NCBI GenBank assembly: GCA_965275905.1
Contig: CBDHYJ010000081.1
Span: 88,392 to 152,391 of the forward strand
Length of the DNA: 64,000 nt
Direction: 5' to 3'
DNA from: Hyphomicrobiales bacterium
GTDB taxonomy: Bacteria > Pseudomonadota > Alphaproteobacteria > Rhizobiales > JAJFHC01
Shown piece after piece: positions 37,343 to 47,088 of this stretch (positions are counted from its first letter, which is position 1; the number at the start of each line of letters is the position of its first letter). The notes beneath the pieces were generated by a model. The model ran no database searches. It was not told the origin of the DNA and saw only the letters and a list, made by a program, of their open reading frames with translations. The translations under genes and the position numbers were made by a program.

Positions 37343-38893
37343 TCAATCTTCCGACTCACCAAGCGCGCTCGCGAGGCGATCACAATACGTCTCGACCACT
37401 TTTACGCGCGCAAACCGCTTGTCGTTGCCCTCGACCAGTGTCCACGGCGCCGCGGATGTGCTGGTGTACTGAACCATGTCGTCCACGGCCTGTTCGTAGT
37501 CGTTCCATTTGTCGCGATTGCGCCAGTCCTCGTCAGTCAGCTTCCAGCGCTTGTGCGGGGTTTTCTCGCGCAACTTAAACCGCGCCAGTTGTTCGTCCTT
37601 GGAAATATGGATCCAGTACTTCAGGAGCACGATGCCGTGTTCGATGAGCTGTTCCTCGAAATCGTTGATCTCACCGAACGACCTTTGCCACTCATCCTCT
37701 GTCGCAAATCCCTCGATCCGCTCCACCAGAACGCGCCCGTACCAGGACCGATCGAAAATCGTGATATAGCCCGCACGGGACAGATTGCGCCAGAAACGCC
37801 AGAGATAGTGCTGCGCCTTCTCCTCGTCTGTCGGCGCCGCAATGCCGTGGACCTGATAGTTCCGCGATTCGAGCGCCATGTTCACGCGTCTGATCGCACC
37901 GCCCTTGCCTGCAGCGTCGGGCCCTTCAAAGAGCAGTATGCTCGAGATCTTTTCTTCCTTGGCTCTCAGGTGAAGCCTGTGCAGGCGCGCCTGGAGTTCG
38001 ACCAGTCGCTCGGCGTAGTCCGCCTTCTTCAGCTTCTTCGCCATGTCGAGCCGGCTGAGCACGGTGATCGCGTTGGCGGACAGTTGATCCTGACGCGGCG
38101 CCTTGCCGCCGTTCGGGGATTTGGATTTCTTGGCGACCGCCGCCTTTCCGACTTTCCCGGCGACGGCATGTTGACGTGCGGCTTCCGTCAGCTTTCGACG
38201 CAGGCCGTCCCGCAGGATGGTGGCAACCGTGACCGAACGGTAGTTGGCATCCGCGCCTTCGACGACGGTCCAGGGCGCCACGCCCCGGTTTGTCCGCGCG
38301 ATCACCTGTTCGGCGGTGTCGATGAAATTGTCGTAGATTTTCCAGTTTTCCCAGTCGCGCTTGGTCACGCGTGCCCGGGTCAGGGGATCTCCTTCGAGAC
38401 TCTTCAGCCGCTTCTCCTGGGCATCCCGGCTGAGGTGCATCCAGAATTTATGGACCAGCGCTCCATCCCGGGCGAGCGCGTGCTCGAACCGTATGATCCG
38501 CTCAAGCCTCTTGAGGAACGTCGCCTCGTCAGTGGCACCGTGAACGCGATCAAGCACCACCTTTGAGTACCAGGCACTCAGGAACATGCCGATACGCCCG
38601 CGCGGCGGCAGGTCGCGCCAGTACTGCCAGAACTCGGGGCGTTCCCGTTCATCATCGCCCGGTTCGTCATACGCCCGGGTCACGAGCCAGCGCGCATCCA
38701 TCCATTCATTGAGCAGGCTGACACTTTCCCCCTTCCCCGCGCCGTCAACACCGGCAAAAAGCATGATCACCTGGAATTGCTGTCCCCGCCGCAATTCGTC
38801 CTGCAGTTCCAGCAGGTCTTCGCGCAGCGCCGGCGCCATCTTCTTGAAATCCGCCTTCGAGATGGTTCTGCCGAGTTCGGCTGTTTCAAACAT
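37343..38893 (-). CDS. pap: Polyphosphate:AMP phosphotransferase (two-domain PPK2)
   Basis: MFETAELG start; two PPK2 domains GVDGAGKG and EGPDAAGKGG; DRSWYGR. Confidence 0.93.
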   Translation of the reverse strand: MFETAELGRTISKADFKKMAPALREDLLELQDELRRGQQFQVIMLFAGVDGAGKGESVSLLNEWMDARWLVTRAYDEPGDDERERPEFWQYWRDLPPRGRIGMFLSAWYSKVVLDRVHGATDEATFLKRLERIIRFEHALARDGALVHKFWMHLSRDAQEKRLKSLEGDPLTRARVTKRDWENWKIYDNFIDTAEQVIARTNRGVAPWTVVEGADANYRSVTVATILRDGLRRKLTEAARQHAVAGKVGKAAVAKKSKSPNGGKAPRQDQLSANAITVLSRLDMAKKLKKADYAERLVELQARLHRLHLRAKEEKISSILLFEGPDAAGKGGAIRRVNMALESRNYQVHGIAAPTDEEKAQHYLWRFWRNLSRAGYITIFDRSWYGRVLVERIEGFATEDEWQRSFGEINDFEEQLIEHGIVLLKYWIHISKDEQLARFKLREKTPHKRWKLTDEDWRNRDKWNDYEQAVDDMVQYTSTSAAPWTLVEGNDKRFARVKVVETYCDRLASALGESED

Positions 38894-38980
38894 GACTTTC
38901 CCCTCAAGTCAGGCGTCCGCAGGGCAAGGTCCCTGCCCGCCACAAGACTCCGAGCTTAACAAGTGAACCAATCCGTCCGA

Positions 38981-38994
38981 TTGACCTGGGTCAA
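38981..38994. promoter_or_regulatory. FNR/FixK-like box upstream of pap
   Basis: Palindrome TTGAC-CTGG-GTCAA. Confidence 0.6.
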
Positions 38995-39256
38995 ACAAGG
39001 CGCAGCACTGACGGAGAAAAAACAGTCAGCGCAGACACTTAGACCGTCATCCTGAAGCCCTTGTTCCATCAGCATAGTCGGAATTCGCCGGTCTGAACAA
39101 ATCGCCGATGAAAATCAGGCGTCTTTTTTGCGTTTTTCCGTCACGTTGAATTCTTGATCCGGAAAGTCCTCCGGGCCTGTCTTGCCATCGTCGCGCTGTG
39201 CCTGGGCGGCGCGCGCCGGCAATCACCTGTTAATACGCTGTCTCTAAACTGGCTTC

Positions 39257-39805
39257 ATGATTCCCGAGATCCTGAACCGAGCCGTTTCCAGTCATCAGTC
39301 CGGCGGCGCCTGGCGTCCGCGGCTGACCGCGATAGCGTTGGCGCTCGGGCTACTGACATTTGTCGCGGCGTTCTTCGGTCCAACCGTCCAGATCTGGGAT
39401 GACAGTCTTCGGGAACAAGCCGTTTCGACTGCCGAGCAACCAATCACCGTGCTCGGTGTCACGATGACCATGCGCTACGCGAAAGTCGAAAAGCGCGGAC
39501 TTCTGCGGCAACCGATGGTCATCTTCCTGATCGCGGTTCTCACGGGCGCATTCGCCGCCGTTTCGATCGGGCTGCGGAGCTTCGCGAAGGGCCGTCAGAA
39601 TTTGTCCGCCGGCCTTGCCGTTCTGGCGGGCGGAGGCGCGGTGGTTATGACCTTCATCCTGGTGCCCGCATCCTGGATGTTCTTTGTCATGCTGATACCG
39701 GGCATGGCCGCAATGGTCGCCGCGGCGACATTTGCAACCGGCAGCCCCGCGGCGGCAGACATGCCGCCGCCGGCCGGCTTCGACGCCGGCGGCAACGGAC
39801 TCTGA
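39257..39805 (+). CDS. Hypothetical membrane protein
   Basis: About 4 hydrophobic segments; start uncertain. Confidence 0.6.
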   Translation: MIPEILNRAVSSHQSGGAWRPRLTAIALALGLLTFVAAFFGPTVQIWDDSLREQAVSTAEQPITVLGVTMTMRYAKVEKRGLLRQPMVIFLIAVLTGAFAAVSIGLRSFAKGRQNLSAGLAVLAGGGAVVMTFILVPASWMFFVMLIPGMAAMVAAATFATGSPAAADMPPPAGFDAGGNGL

Positions 39806-39848
39806 AACGACTGTCTTTCAAGTGCGCGAACGCAAATGCTGACCGGCA

Positions 39849-40685
39849 TCAGCGCTCCGCCCATAGCGAGAAACTCAGCGGCAGCCACGGCCTGTCAGGC
39901 CAGCGCCACATGCCGTGCTCATCGGCCACCTGGCATTCATACATGCGCCACGGCGCGGAATCGTGCTCATGCAGCCACTTGAGCGTGAGCCCGGCATCGA
40001 TGAGCGCGGTCAGTATGTCCCCCATCGGATGGACCCACTCGAAACAGGCCTCGCTCTTGAGTGCCGGAGCATCGCCCACATAGTCCTTGGGGTCCCGCTC
40101 GACATAGGGCTCCTTGGCAAAGTACGGCCAGAAGTAACCCGGCAATGTGCTGCCTTCGACCCGGGTCTCGTCGTCAAAGACGAATGCCGACGGATGTCCT
40201 TCCGCCATGTAGAGCGCGCCACCGGGCTTGAGGAAATGCGCAACCACATTCGCCCATCCCCTTATGTCCGGCAGCCAGTTGATCGCACCCCATGTGACAA
40301 AGACCCGGTCAAAGGAGGCCGGCTCCGGCAGGACCGTCGGAGCGTCGTAGAGATCGCCCTGCACGAAACGCGCGCGGCCGTCCAGGCCGAGCTCCGCGGC
40401 GAGAGATCCGGCCGCATGGACCGCCTTGCCGGAAAAGTCATATCCGACGACATCCGCACCCCTTTGGGCGAGTGTCAGGGAATCGCGCCCGAAATGGCAT
40501 TGCAGGTGCAGAACCCGCAGATCATCGACCGGTCCGAGCTCCGCCTCCTCGATCGGGTGCAATTGGCCCTTCCCGGCACGCAGGTCCGAGAGGTCGTATT
40601 CCGCCGCATCGAGGTGCAGATCGACCATCTCGTCCCATGTGGATTGGTTGGCGGTGCGCCAGTCGCCGTCCTTTGAACCGGTCAT
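39849..40685 (-). CDS. Class I SAM-dependent methyltransferase
   Basis: VLHLQCHFGRD, FDRVF, LKPGG. Confidence 0.9.
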   Translation of the reverse strand: MTGSKDGDWRTANQSTWDEMVDLHLDAAEYDLSDLRAGKGQLHPIEEAELGPVDDLRVLHLQCHFGRDSLTLAQRGADVVGYDFSGKAVHAAGSLAAELGLDGRARFVQGDLYDAPTVLPEPASFDRVFVTWGAINWLPDIRGWANVVAHFLKPGGALYMAEGHPSAFVFDDETRVEGSTLPGYFWPYFAKEPYVERDPKDYVGDAPALKSEACFEWVHPMGDILTALIDAGLTLKWLHEHDSAPWRMYECQVADEHGMWRWPDRPWLPLSFSLWAER

Positions 40686-40983
40686 GATCGCCTGCTTCCA
40701 GTAAATTTCCGTCGCCACCGATTAGCAGAGTGGTTCACCGGAGGACAGCCAATTTGAGGATGGATCGAGGACCGCGATTCTATACGACGTCATCCTTGCC
40801 GGAGCGAAGCGACCGCAAGGATCCAATTACCGGTTCATCTGACCGCAGAAAACGCCATTGGATTCTCGGTCTCGCTGTACGCTCGACCAAGAATGACGGC
40901 TCACCGGGCAACCGGTTTGTCGATGCCGGGGAATTCCATTCGCAGACTGCGGTAACTGCACTCGCCGGACCGGTAGCGCCGCC

Positions 40984-41961
40984 TCACGCCACCTTGTCGA
41001 GCAACGGCTTGAGGCTGGGATGAATATTGGGCGACTCGGTCTTGATGAAGACCAGAAGCGCCCGCTCGGTGTCGTCGAACGTGCCGTCTTTTCCGATCCT
41101 GTCGGCGAGCCAGTCCGCCTCGTCCATCGTCACGCTTTCCGAAGCGGCGATCTCGACGGCCCGCCGCGCGGCGATGTCGGATTCCTCATACTTGTAGGCA
41201 TCGACGACACCCCGCAGGCCGCCGGCCAGAATCTTCCCGACGAATTGCCCGACGCCGGCCTCGGTGTCGTCGAGCCAGGCCTCGCGCCGGAGTGCCTCTT
41301 CCCGGTCGGGCGACTGATATCCGCGCGCCGCCATGAGATAATTGGCGACCGCCTTGACGAACAGATCGGTCCAGCTTGCGTCATTGGCGCCATGCGTCAC
41401 GGCATCGTTGATGTCGAACAGCATCTCCGCCTCCGCGCGCGAGACCGCGACACCCGCCCGGCCGCCGCAGGCGTAGAGGACGCGCCGCAGCAGGTCGACT
41501 TCCGCGCGGCCGATCTGCCCGGGCTTGAGTTCAAGCCCGCTCCGCGTCGGCCCCTCGCCCTTCAGCACCGCGTTCTTGACGTGCTCCATGGCGAACCGCT
41601 GCAGGCCCTCCGGAACCTCGCTGCTGGTTTCGAGCACCTTGATCATGGCTTCGAGTTCGGTTGCGTTCTTGACGATCCCGTCTTTTGAGACGCGGTCGAT
41701 CAGCCAGTCCCCGTTTTCCGCCGACACATAGCCGTGGGGTTCGCTCTGGTGCACCGCATAGTCAACAATCGCCTCGACGAAAAAGTCCGCCCAGGAACTG
41801 TCGTACCAGTCGCACAGGTCATTGAGCCGGAACAGCGCATCGGCCTCGTGGGCACTGATACGGTGGTCGCCGCCATACATGACCCGGCGCAGCATGCCGA
41901 CGTCTTCGGCGTCGATATGTCCTTTGGAAATAAGTGTTTCGAAATCCACCTGAGTGCTCAT
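40984..41961 (-). CDS. Conserved hypothetical protein with internal repeats
   Basis: Repeated EAxxLFxxND and WxDxFV units; AGGAG RBS. Confidence 0.75.
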   Translation of the reverse strand: MSTQVDFETLISKGHIDAEDVGMLRRVMYGGDHRISAHEADALFRLNDLCDWYDSSWADFFVEAIVDYAVHQSEPHGYVSAENGDWLIDRVSKDGIVKNATELEAMIKVLETSSEVPEGLQRFAMEHVKNAVLKGEGPTRSGLELKPGQIGRAEVDLLRRVLYACGGRAGVAVSRAEAEMLFDINDAVTHGANDASWTDLFVKAVANYLMAARGYQSPDREEALRREAWLDDTEAGVGQFVGKILAGGLRGVVDAYKYEESDIAARRAVEIAASESVTMDEADWLADRIGKDGTFDDTERALLVFIKTESPNIHPSLKPLLDKVA

Positions 41962-42156
41962 CGGATCTTCTCCTAATATCCGCTGTCACCAACCGATGTG
42001 GCCCTATGGCGGTCGATCGTGCCCTCTAACACTTTCCAAAATCCTAACGGATTCCCGGCGAGACACACCCGAGGCCGGTGTCGATGACACGTGATTTCGC
42101 CATCGGCGCGACCTGGGATAGGCTTTATGTGCTGGGGTAACCGGAGGAATTCACTC

Positions 42157-42435
42157 ATGGCACTGCGCAGATACATCATTGAACGCGACATTCCGGAAGT
42201 CGGAACCTTCGAACGCGAGCAACTCCGTGGCGCCGCCGCCAAATCGAATGAGGTGCTTCAGGACCTCGGTCCCGATATCCAGTGGGTCGAGAGCTTTGTC
42301 GCCGGCGACAAGACGTTCTGCGTTTATCTCGCAAAGGACGAGGATATCATCCAAAAGCATGCGGAGATCAGCGGCTTCCCGGCGACGAAGGTCACCGAAA
42401 TCTCGAAAATGATCGACCCGACGACCGCGGCTTGA
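42157..42435 (+). CDS. DUF4242 protein
   Basis: YIIERDIP, DKTFCVYLA, HAEISGFPA; GGAGG RBS. Confidence 0.9.
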   Translation: MALRRYIIERDIPEVGTFEREQLRGAAAKSNEVLQDLGPDIQWVESFVAGDKTFCVYLAKDEDIIQKHAEISGFPATKVTEISKMIDPTTAA

Positions 42436-42453
42436 TGCACTCATCAAGAACCG

Positions 42454-42541
42454 TCGTCATCCCCGCGCAGGCGGGGATCCAGAACGACAGAAATGCAGGT
42501 TGCGAATCTGCTCTGGATTCCCGCTTTCGCGGGAATGACGA
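42454..42541. repeat. REP-like composite palindromic element
   Basis: TCGTCATCCCCGCGCAGGCGGGGATCCAG ... CTGGATTCCCGCTTTCGCGGGAATGACGA between convergent genes. Confidence 0.85.
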
Positions 42542-42553
42542 TTTCCTTTCCCG

Positions 42554-44458
42554 CTAACCGATCGGACCGCCGTCGTCGCGGGTCACGGCAACGATGGCCG
42601 AACGCGGCACGGTCTCGCCGCCGTCCGGGAAGTGGCTGTCGCCCTTCTCGCCCGGATGCTGGATTCCGACGAACAGCGACTTGCGGTCGGAACTCCAGGC
42701 AAACCCGGTGATCTCGCACTCCTTCGGGCCGACCATGAAGCGCTTGATTTCGCCGTTTGCCGGATCGCCAACCAGCATCTGGTTGTTACCCATGCCCTCG
42801 AAGTCGCCCTTGTTCGTGTAATTGCCGTCGGTCTGGATCCACAACAGTCCGGTGCTGTCGAAGGCCAGACCGTCGGGCCCGTTGAACATGTTGTCGGACG
42901 TAATGTTGGCCGAACCGGCATACTCGTAGGACAGCACCTTGGGATTGCCCGCAAGGACGAACAGATCCCATGCAAAGCCCGGGGCCGTGTGATCATCGTC
43001 ATCGGGAGTCCAGCGCACGATCTGGCCGAAATCGTTGGCAACGCGCGGGTTTGGACCGTTCGCGCGGGTGTCGTCACCACCCTTGTTCGGCCTTTTCCCA
43101 CGATTCTTGTTGTTGGTGAGACAGCAATAGATCTGGCTGCTCTTCGGGTCAGCCGCCACCCATTCGGGCCGGTCCATGGTCGTCGCGCCGACGGCGGACG
43201 CCGCCTGGCGCGTGCGAATACAGATCTCGGCCTGCGAAGACAGGCCGGTCGATTCTGGTGTCAACGCAACCCATTCGCCATGCATGTTGTCCGCGAATTT
43301 GGCAACGTAGAGTGTGCCGCTCTCGAGCAGATTCCGGTTATTGCCGCCTGCCGCATACTTGCCGTCACTGACGAACCGGTAGATGAACTCGCCGCGCTCG
43401 TCATCGCCCATATAGACAACCACCTGGCCGTTCTTCGCCAGGACCACTTCGGCATTTTCGTGCTTAAAGCGGCCAAGAGCTGTGAGCTTGCGCGGCACGA
43501 ATGTCGGGTCCAGCGGATCGACCTCGACCACGTATCCGGCCCGGTGCGGCTCGTTCGGATGCTTCGACATGTCGAAACGCTCGTCCGCCAGCGCCCAGTT
43601 GTAGCCCCAGTCCTTCTTGCCGAGGCCGTATCGCTTCTGGTCGCCGTTTGGCTCGAAGTCATCAGCACTCGCCGAGAAGTAGCCGTTGAAATTTTCCTCG
43701 CAGGCGAGATAGGTGCCCCAGGGTGTCCGGCCGTTGCCGCAGTTGTTCCAGGTGCCGAGCGATGTCGTGCCGGTCGAGTCCGCCGCCGTCTTCAGCAGAT
43801 CGTGGCCGCGCGCAGGCCCGGTGATTTCGGTCGGCGTGTCCGCGGTGACCCTGCGGTTATAGGAGGAATCCTTCACGATCTGCCATTTGCCGTCCTTCTG
43901 GGCGATCTCCACCATGGTCAGGCCGTGCGCGGCCTTGCCCTTGCGCACGTCATCGGCATCCTCGGGAAGTTTCGTCGCTCGATTGCCGTAGATGATGCTG
44001 CGGTTGGTGTATTCGTTGTTGACGGCAAGGACGTGCTTGTCGCCGTCCGCAAACAGCGACATGCCGTCGTTATTGTCGCCGAAAGCCAGTTCCTGGCTCT
44101 CGCCGGTCCCACGCGTTGTCTGATCGAACGCCATGCTTTTCGACCAAAGCTCATCGCCCCATCGCGCGACGGTGTGCCAGCTGTAGCCCGGAGGTACTGT
44201 CACCGTATCGAGCGTGTTGGCGGCGACCGCCTCGAAACCGAGCCGGCTCGCGGTCGCAGCCGCCGCCGGGGTCGGCGTCAACGCGGACGTGCCCATCACG
44301 AACGCCGTCGTCCCGACGGCAACGCTGCCGGCAAGGAATTCCCTGCGGCTCACGGCACGCTCGACAACCTCCTCGAAGCCTGTGACCTCCGGCCCCGGAT
44401 TGCGCAGTTCGTCGAATTCATCGAAAGAAAGCTCGCATTGAGCTGTGGTGTCTGACAT
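42554..44458 (-). CDS. phoX: PhoX family alkaline phosphatase (DUF839), Tat-exported
   Basis: SRREFL, GDNNDG, NCGNG.TPWGTYLACEEN, GRFKHE, MDRPE, QTDG, IQHPG. Confidence 0.95.
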   Translation of the reverse strand: MSDTTAQCELSFDEFDELRNPGPEVTGFEEVVERAVSRREFLAGSVAVGTTAFVMGTSALTPTPAAAATASRLGFEAVAANTLDTVTVPPGYSWHTVARWGDELWSKSMAFDQTTRGTGESQELAFGDNNDGMSLFADGDKHVLAVNNEYTNRSIIYGNRATKLPEDADDVRKGKAAHGLTMVEIAQKDGKWQIVKDSSYNRRVTADTPTEITGPARGHDLLKTAADSTGTTSLGTWNNCGNGRTPWGTYLACEENFNGYFSASADDFEPNGDQKRYGLGKKDWGYNWALADERFDMSKHPNEPHRAGYVVEVDPLDPTFVPRKLTALGRFKHENAEVVLAKNGQVVVYMGDDERGEFIYRFVSDGKYAAGGNNRNLLESGTLYVAKFADNMHGEWVALTPESTGLSSQAEICIRTRQAASAVGATTMDRPEWVAADPKSSQIYCCLTNNKNRGKRPNKGGDDTRANGPNPRVANDFGQIVRWTPDDDDHTAPGFAWDLFVLAGNPKVLSYEYAGSANITSDNMFNGPDGLAFDSTGLLWIQTDGNYTNKGDFEGMGNNQMLVGDPANGEIKRFMVGPKECEITGFAWSSDRKSLFVGIQHPGEKGDSHFPDGGETVPRSAIVAVTRDDGGPIG

Positions 44459-44676
44459 GTCTTGACCCCCTTGTCTTTTCAGTTGGCTGTATTTTCAGCA
44501 CCTCTCGATCCGCGCTGCTTCAGCAATGCGGAAGATGTCCCGCCAACCTCAAACCAAATCACAACATGACTATGACGATCCGGCACGCGCATAATGTCGC
44601 ACGATGTCATGAGACCTGAACGGACTGCGGGTGAAGTGACAGAAACAACAGGGGCCACGATTCCCGGGAAATGCAC

Positions 44677-45192
44677 ATGCTCGACCGACTGTTTCGGAAG
44701 AAAAAATCGAGGGTCTTCCTGGGAACCATCGCGGTCGCGCCGAGGACTGACTTGAAGCGGTTCCTCGACGAACCCGACATATTCGCTGGCACCAGCCTGG
44801 ATCAGGGTGTCCGCAAGAGTCTAGAGGACCTGTTCGCGCTTCCGCCCGCGGCGGATGTGGAACAACCGGGCGACACCGATCTTGGTGTCGATATCATGGT
44901 CACGAGATTTCAGCTGGGCGAAGCGTTATTCATCGGCCTCGGCAGATTTGGCTTACCCATCTTCTGGAGACCCAAAGTGATGGTGTCTTCGCGTCTCTTC
45001 TACCTGCGGTCTGGAAAAACGAAAGCAGCGTTTTCCGTCGCCGAAAAAGTGAAATGGCGGCATTTCCTCAAGAGAGCGCTCAATCCGGCTATCATTTTCG
45101 GGATCAGATCGATGTATGACGAACAGGATCTGGATCATCTTTTGCAGAATGCCTGCCACAAGCTGCTGCTGAAGATGAACAAGAGAGTCTGA
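44677..45192 (+). CDS. Hypothetical protein
   Basis: Only plausible ORF between phoX and yidD. Confidence 0.6.
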   Translation: MLDRLFRKKKSRVFLGTIAVAPRTDLKRFLDEPDIFAGTSLDQGVRKSLEDLFALPPAADVEQPGDTDLGVDIMVTRFQLGEALFIGLGRFGLPIFWRPKVMVSSRLFYLRSGKTKAAFSVAEKVKWRHFLKRALNPAIIFGIRSMYDEQDLDHLLQNACHKLLLKMNKRV

Positions 45193-45194
45193 GA

Positions 45195-45560
45195 TCACTC
45201 CTCGTAAAACCGCTCCGTAATATGCCGTCCGGTCCAGCGGCCGTAGCGCCACGAGGTCAGAAGCCCGTGGTCCGCCGGCCAGTCTTCGGGCACGGGGTCG
45301 AGGCCCTGGCTGCCCCAGGGGTGGCATCGCATCAGACGCGACACTGTCAGCCAGCCGCCCCGCCAGGCGCCGTGGCGGGAGATCGCCTCTTCGGCATAGG
45401 TCGAACAGCTCGGGACATGACGGCACGTGGCCGGCAGAAATGGTGACAAGAACCACCGGTAAGCTGTTATCGGCGCACGCAAAACGGCGACGGCGACACG
45501 CTGCGATACCGACCGCGTGCTTGCCCGGGCATCTGCCTTTGTCGTTGTCATTTGTGTCAT
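45195..45560 (-). CDS. yidD: Membrane protein insertion efficiency factor
   Basis: [16 protein letters not shown]...DPVP. Confidence 0.93.
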   Translation of the reverse strand: MTQMTTTKADARASTRSVSQRVAVAVLRAPITAYRWFLSPFLPATCRHVPSCSTYAEEAISRHGAWRGGWLTVSRLMRCHPWGSQGLDPVPEDWPADHGLLTSWRYGRWTGRHITERFYEE

Positions 45561-45590
45561 CCGGCCATCAATGCTTGTGGCCCTGCGGCG

Positions 45591-46043
45591 TCACTCGGCG
45601 GCGGCGCTCTCCGCCCGTTTGGCTTCGATCTGGCCAATCGCATCCTCGACCGCATCGAAAGTCAGCAAGGTCGAGGCATGCCGGGCCTTGAAGTCGCGCA
45701 CCGGCTCCAGAATGGCGAGATCCGCCCACTTGCCCTCCGGTGGCGGTCCGTCTTCCTTGAGCATAGCCCGCATTTGCTGCCCGATTTCCCGCAGTTCACC
45801 GGCGGTCGAGCCGATCACATTATGCGCCATGATCGACGATGACGCCTGCCCGAGGGCGCAGGCTTTGACGTCATGCCCAAACGCGGTGACGACATCGCCA
45901 TCCATTTTCAGGTCGATCGCGACTTTGCTGCCACAAAGACGGCTATGAGCGACTGCGGTCGCGTCCGGCTCCTCAAGCCTTTGAAGCAGCGGAATATCAG
46001 CCGCAAACTGCAAGATCCGCTTGTTGTAGACTTCGTTGAGCAT
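45591..46043 (-). CDS. IscU/NifU-N-like Fe-S scaffold protein
   Basis: HSRLCGS, VKACALGQASS, RHAS. Confidence 0.9.
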   Translation of the reverse strand: MLNEVYNKRILQFAADIPLLQRLEEPDATAVAHSRLCGSKVAIDLKMDGDVVTAFGHDVKACALGQASSSIMAHNVIGSTAGELREIGQQMRAMLKEDGPPPEGKWADLAILEPVRDFKARHASTLLTFDAVEDAIGQIEAKRAESAAAE

Positions 46044-46219
46044 AGTCTTCCGCCATCGCTGCCACGGCGTCGTCCACCGAATGACTCTTTGTACGACCCC
46101 ACCGCAATATAGGTCGCAACGTCGTACCGACCATCACCTGTTGAAGCGGTTTGCCAGCTCTCTGCCTCCGCTCCATTCAGTCAGGTCCGCCAGGGGATTA
46201 AACCCTGCGGACCCGCGAC

Positions 46220-46256
46220 TGTATACCCCTTCGCCTGTCAATGAACAATTGCTGCA
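46220..46256 (-). promoter_or_regulatory. 37-bp motif copy A (promoter-like)
   Basis: Plus strand TGTATACCC-N13-TGAACAATTGCTGCA; minus strand TTGTTC-N17-TATACA; similar copy at 52323. Confidence 0.5.
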
Positions 46257-46536
46257 TGCCACCGTGGCCAAGGCCTTCAAACCACCAATTGCGAAAATCC
46301 ATTGGCACGGACTGTAAGGATCGTTTCCAGGCACTGTCAGCCAACAAAACCGTATACTCGCGCGTGCCTGGCGACACAACTTCACATCACGAAAATCTAA
46401 TGGGCTTGATTAAATTGATTTATTTACGGGTGTTTTACTTTAAATACCGATCTCGTTTCGCGGAAATACAATTTTAATTCAAATTTTCTACAACGGATTT
46501 ATCGAAGTTTACTTTTACGTTGCGGGAGATGCGATC

Positions 46537-47085
46537 ATGAAGGGCATCGTTTTTTGTGAATTCCTGGACATGGTCGACAGCGTGTTTTCGCCTGAAATGA
46601 CGGAGACACTGATCGACAGTTGCGACCTGGCCTCTGGCGGCGCCTATACCGCCGTCGGAACATACGATCACGATGAGATCATCACTCTGGTCGCTGCCTT
46701 ATCCAAAGAGACCGGTGCCCCGGTTCCCGAATTGGTCAAATCGTTCGGCATTCATCTGTTCGGCCGTTTTGTAGAGCTCTATCCGGACTTTTTTGAAGGC
46801 GTCGACGATGCCTATGATTTTCTGGAAAGTGTTGACGCCAAGATTCATGTCGACGTCAAGAAGCTGTATCCGGAAGCGGAGCTTCCCTCGATTGATTGCG
46901 AGCGGGTCGACGAGGCCCGGTTTGTCCTGCTCTATGAATCCGGCCGCGCCATGGGCGACCTTGCTGAAGGTCTGATCGAAAGTGCCATCACGCATTTCGG
47001 ACAGCCGATCGAAATGGTTCGTCATGATCTGAGTTCGGGCAGTCAACAGCGGGTCAGGTTCGAACTCACCAGGTCCGGTGCCTGA
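46537..47085 (+). CDS. H-NOX (heme NO-binding) protein
   Basis: MKGIVF, proximal His in IHVDVKKLYP, YxSxR (YESGR). Confidence 0.95.
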   Translation: MKGIVFCEFLDMVDSVFSPEMTETLIDSCDLASGGAYTAVGTYDHDEIITLVAALSKETGAPVPELVKSFGIHLFGRFVELYPDFFEGVDDAYDFLESVDAKIHVDVKKLYPEAELPSIDCERVDEARFVLLYESGRAMGDLAEGLIESAITHFGQPIEMVRHDLSSGSQQRVRFELTRSGA

Positions 47086-47088
47086 GCC

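Noticed and set aside
42431-42448. TTGAT-N6-ATCAA as an FNR box
   Set aside because: Wrong spacing, and located at a gene end between convergent genes.
42632-44455. 607-aa ORF antisense to phoX (likewise 48562-50058, 27773-28846, 37553-38566)
   Set aside because: Each fully overlaps well-supported genes on the opposite strand.
7296-44458. Biomineralisation island (carbonic anhydrase, Asp-rich protein, PhoX, PPK2)
   Set aside because: Genes are scattered with different upstream motifs; no sequence evidence of co-regulation.
44555-44645. Pho box upstream of phoX
   Set aside because: Several GTCAT/GTCAC half-sites, but no convincing pair at 11-bp spacing.
46134-46385. 83-aa ORF or c-di-GMP riboswitch upstream of the nifU-like gene
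   Set aside because: No RBS or protein-like features; GGCAAAC is present but the rest of the riboswitch consensus is not.
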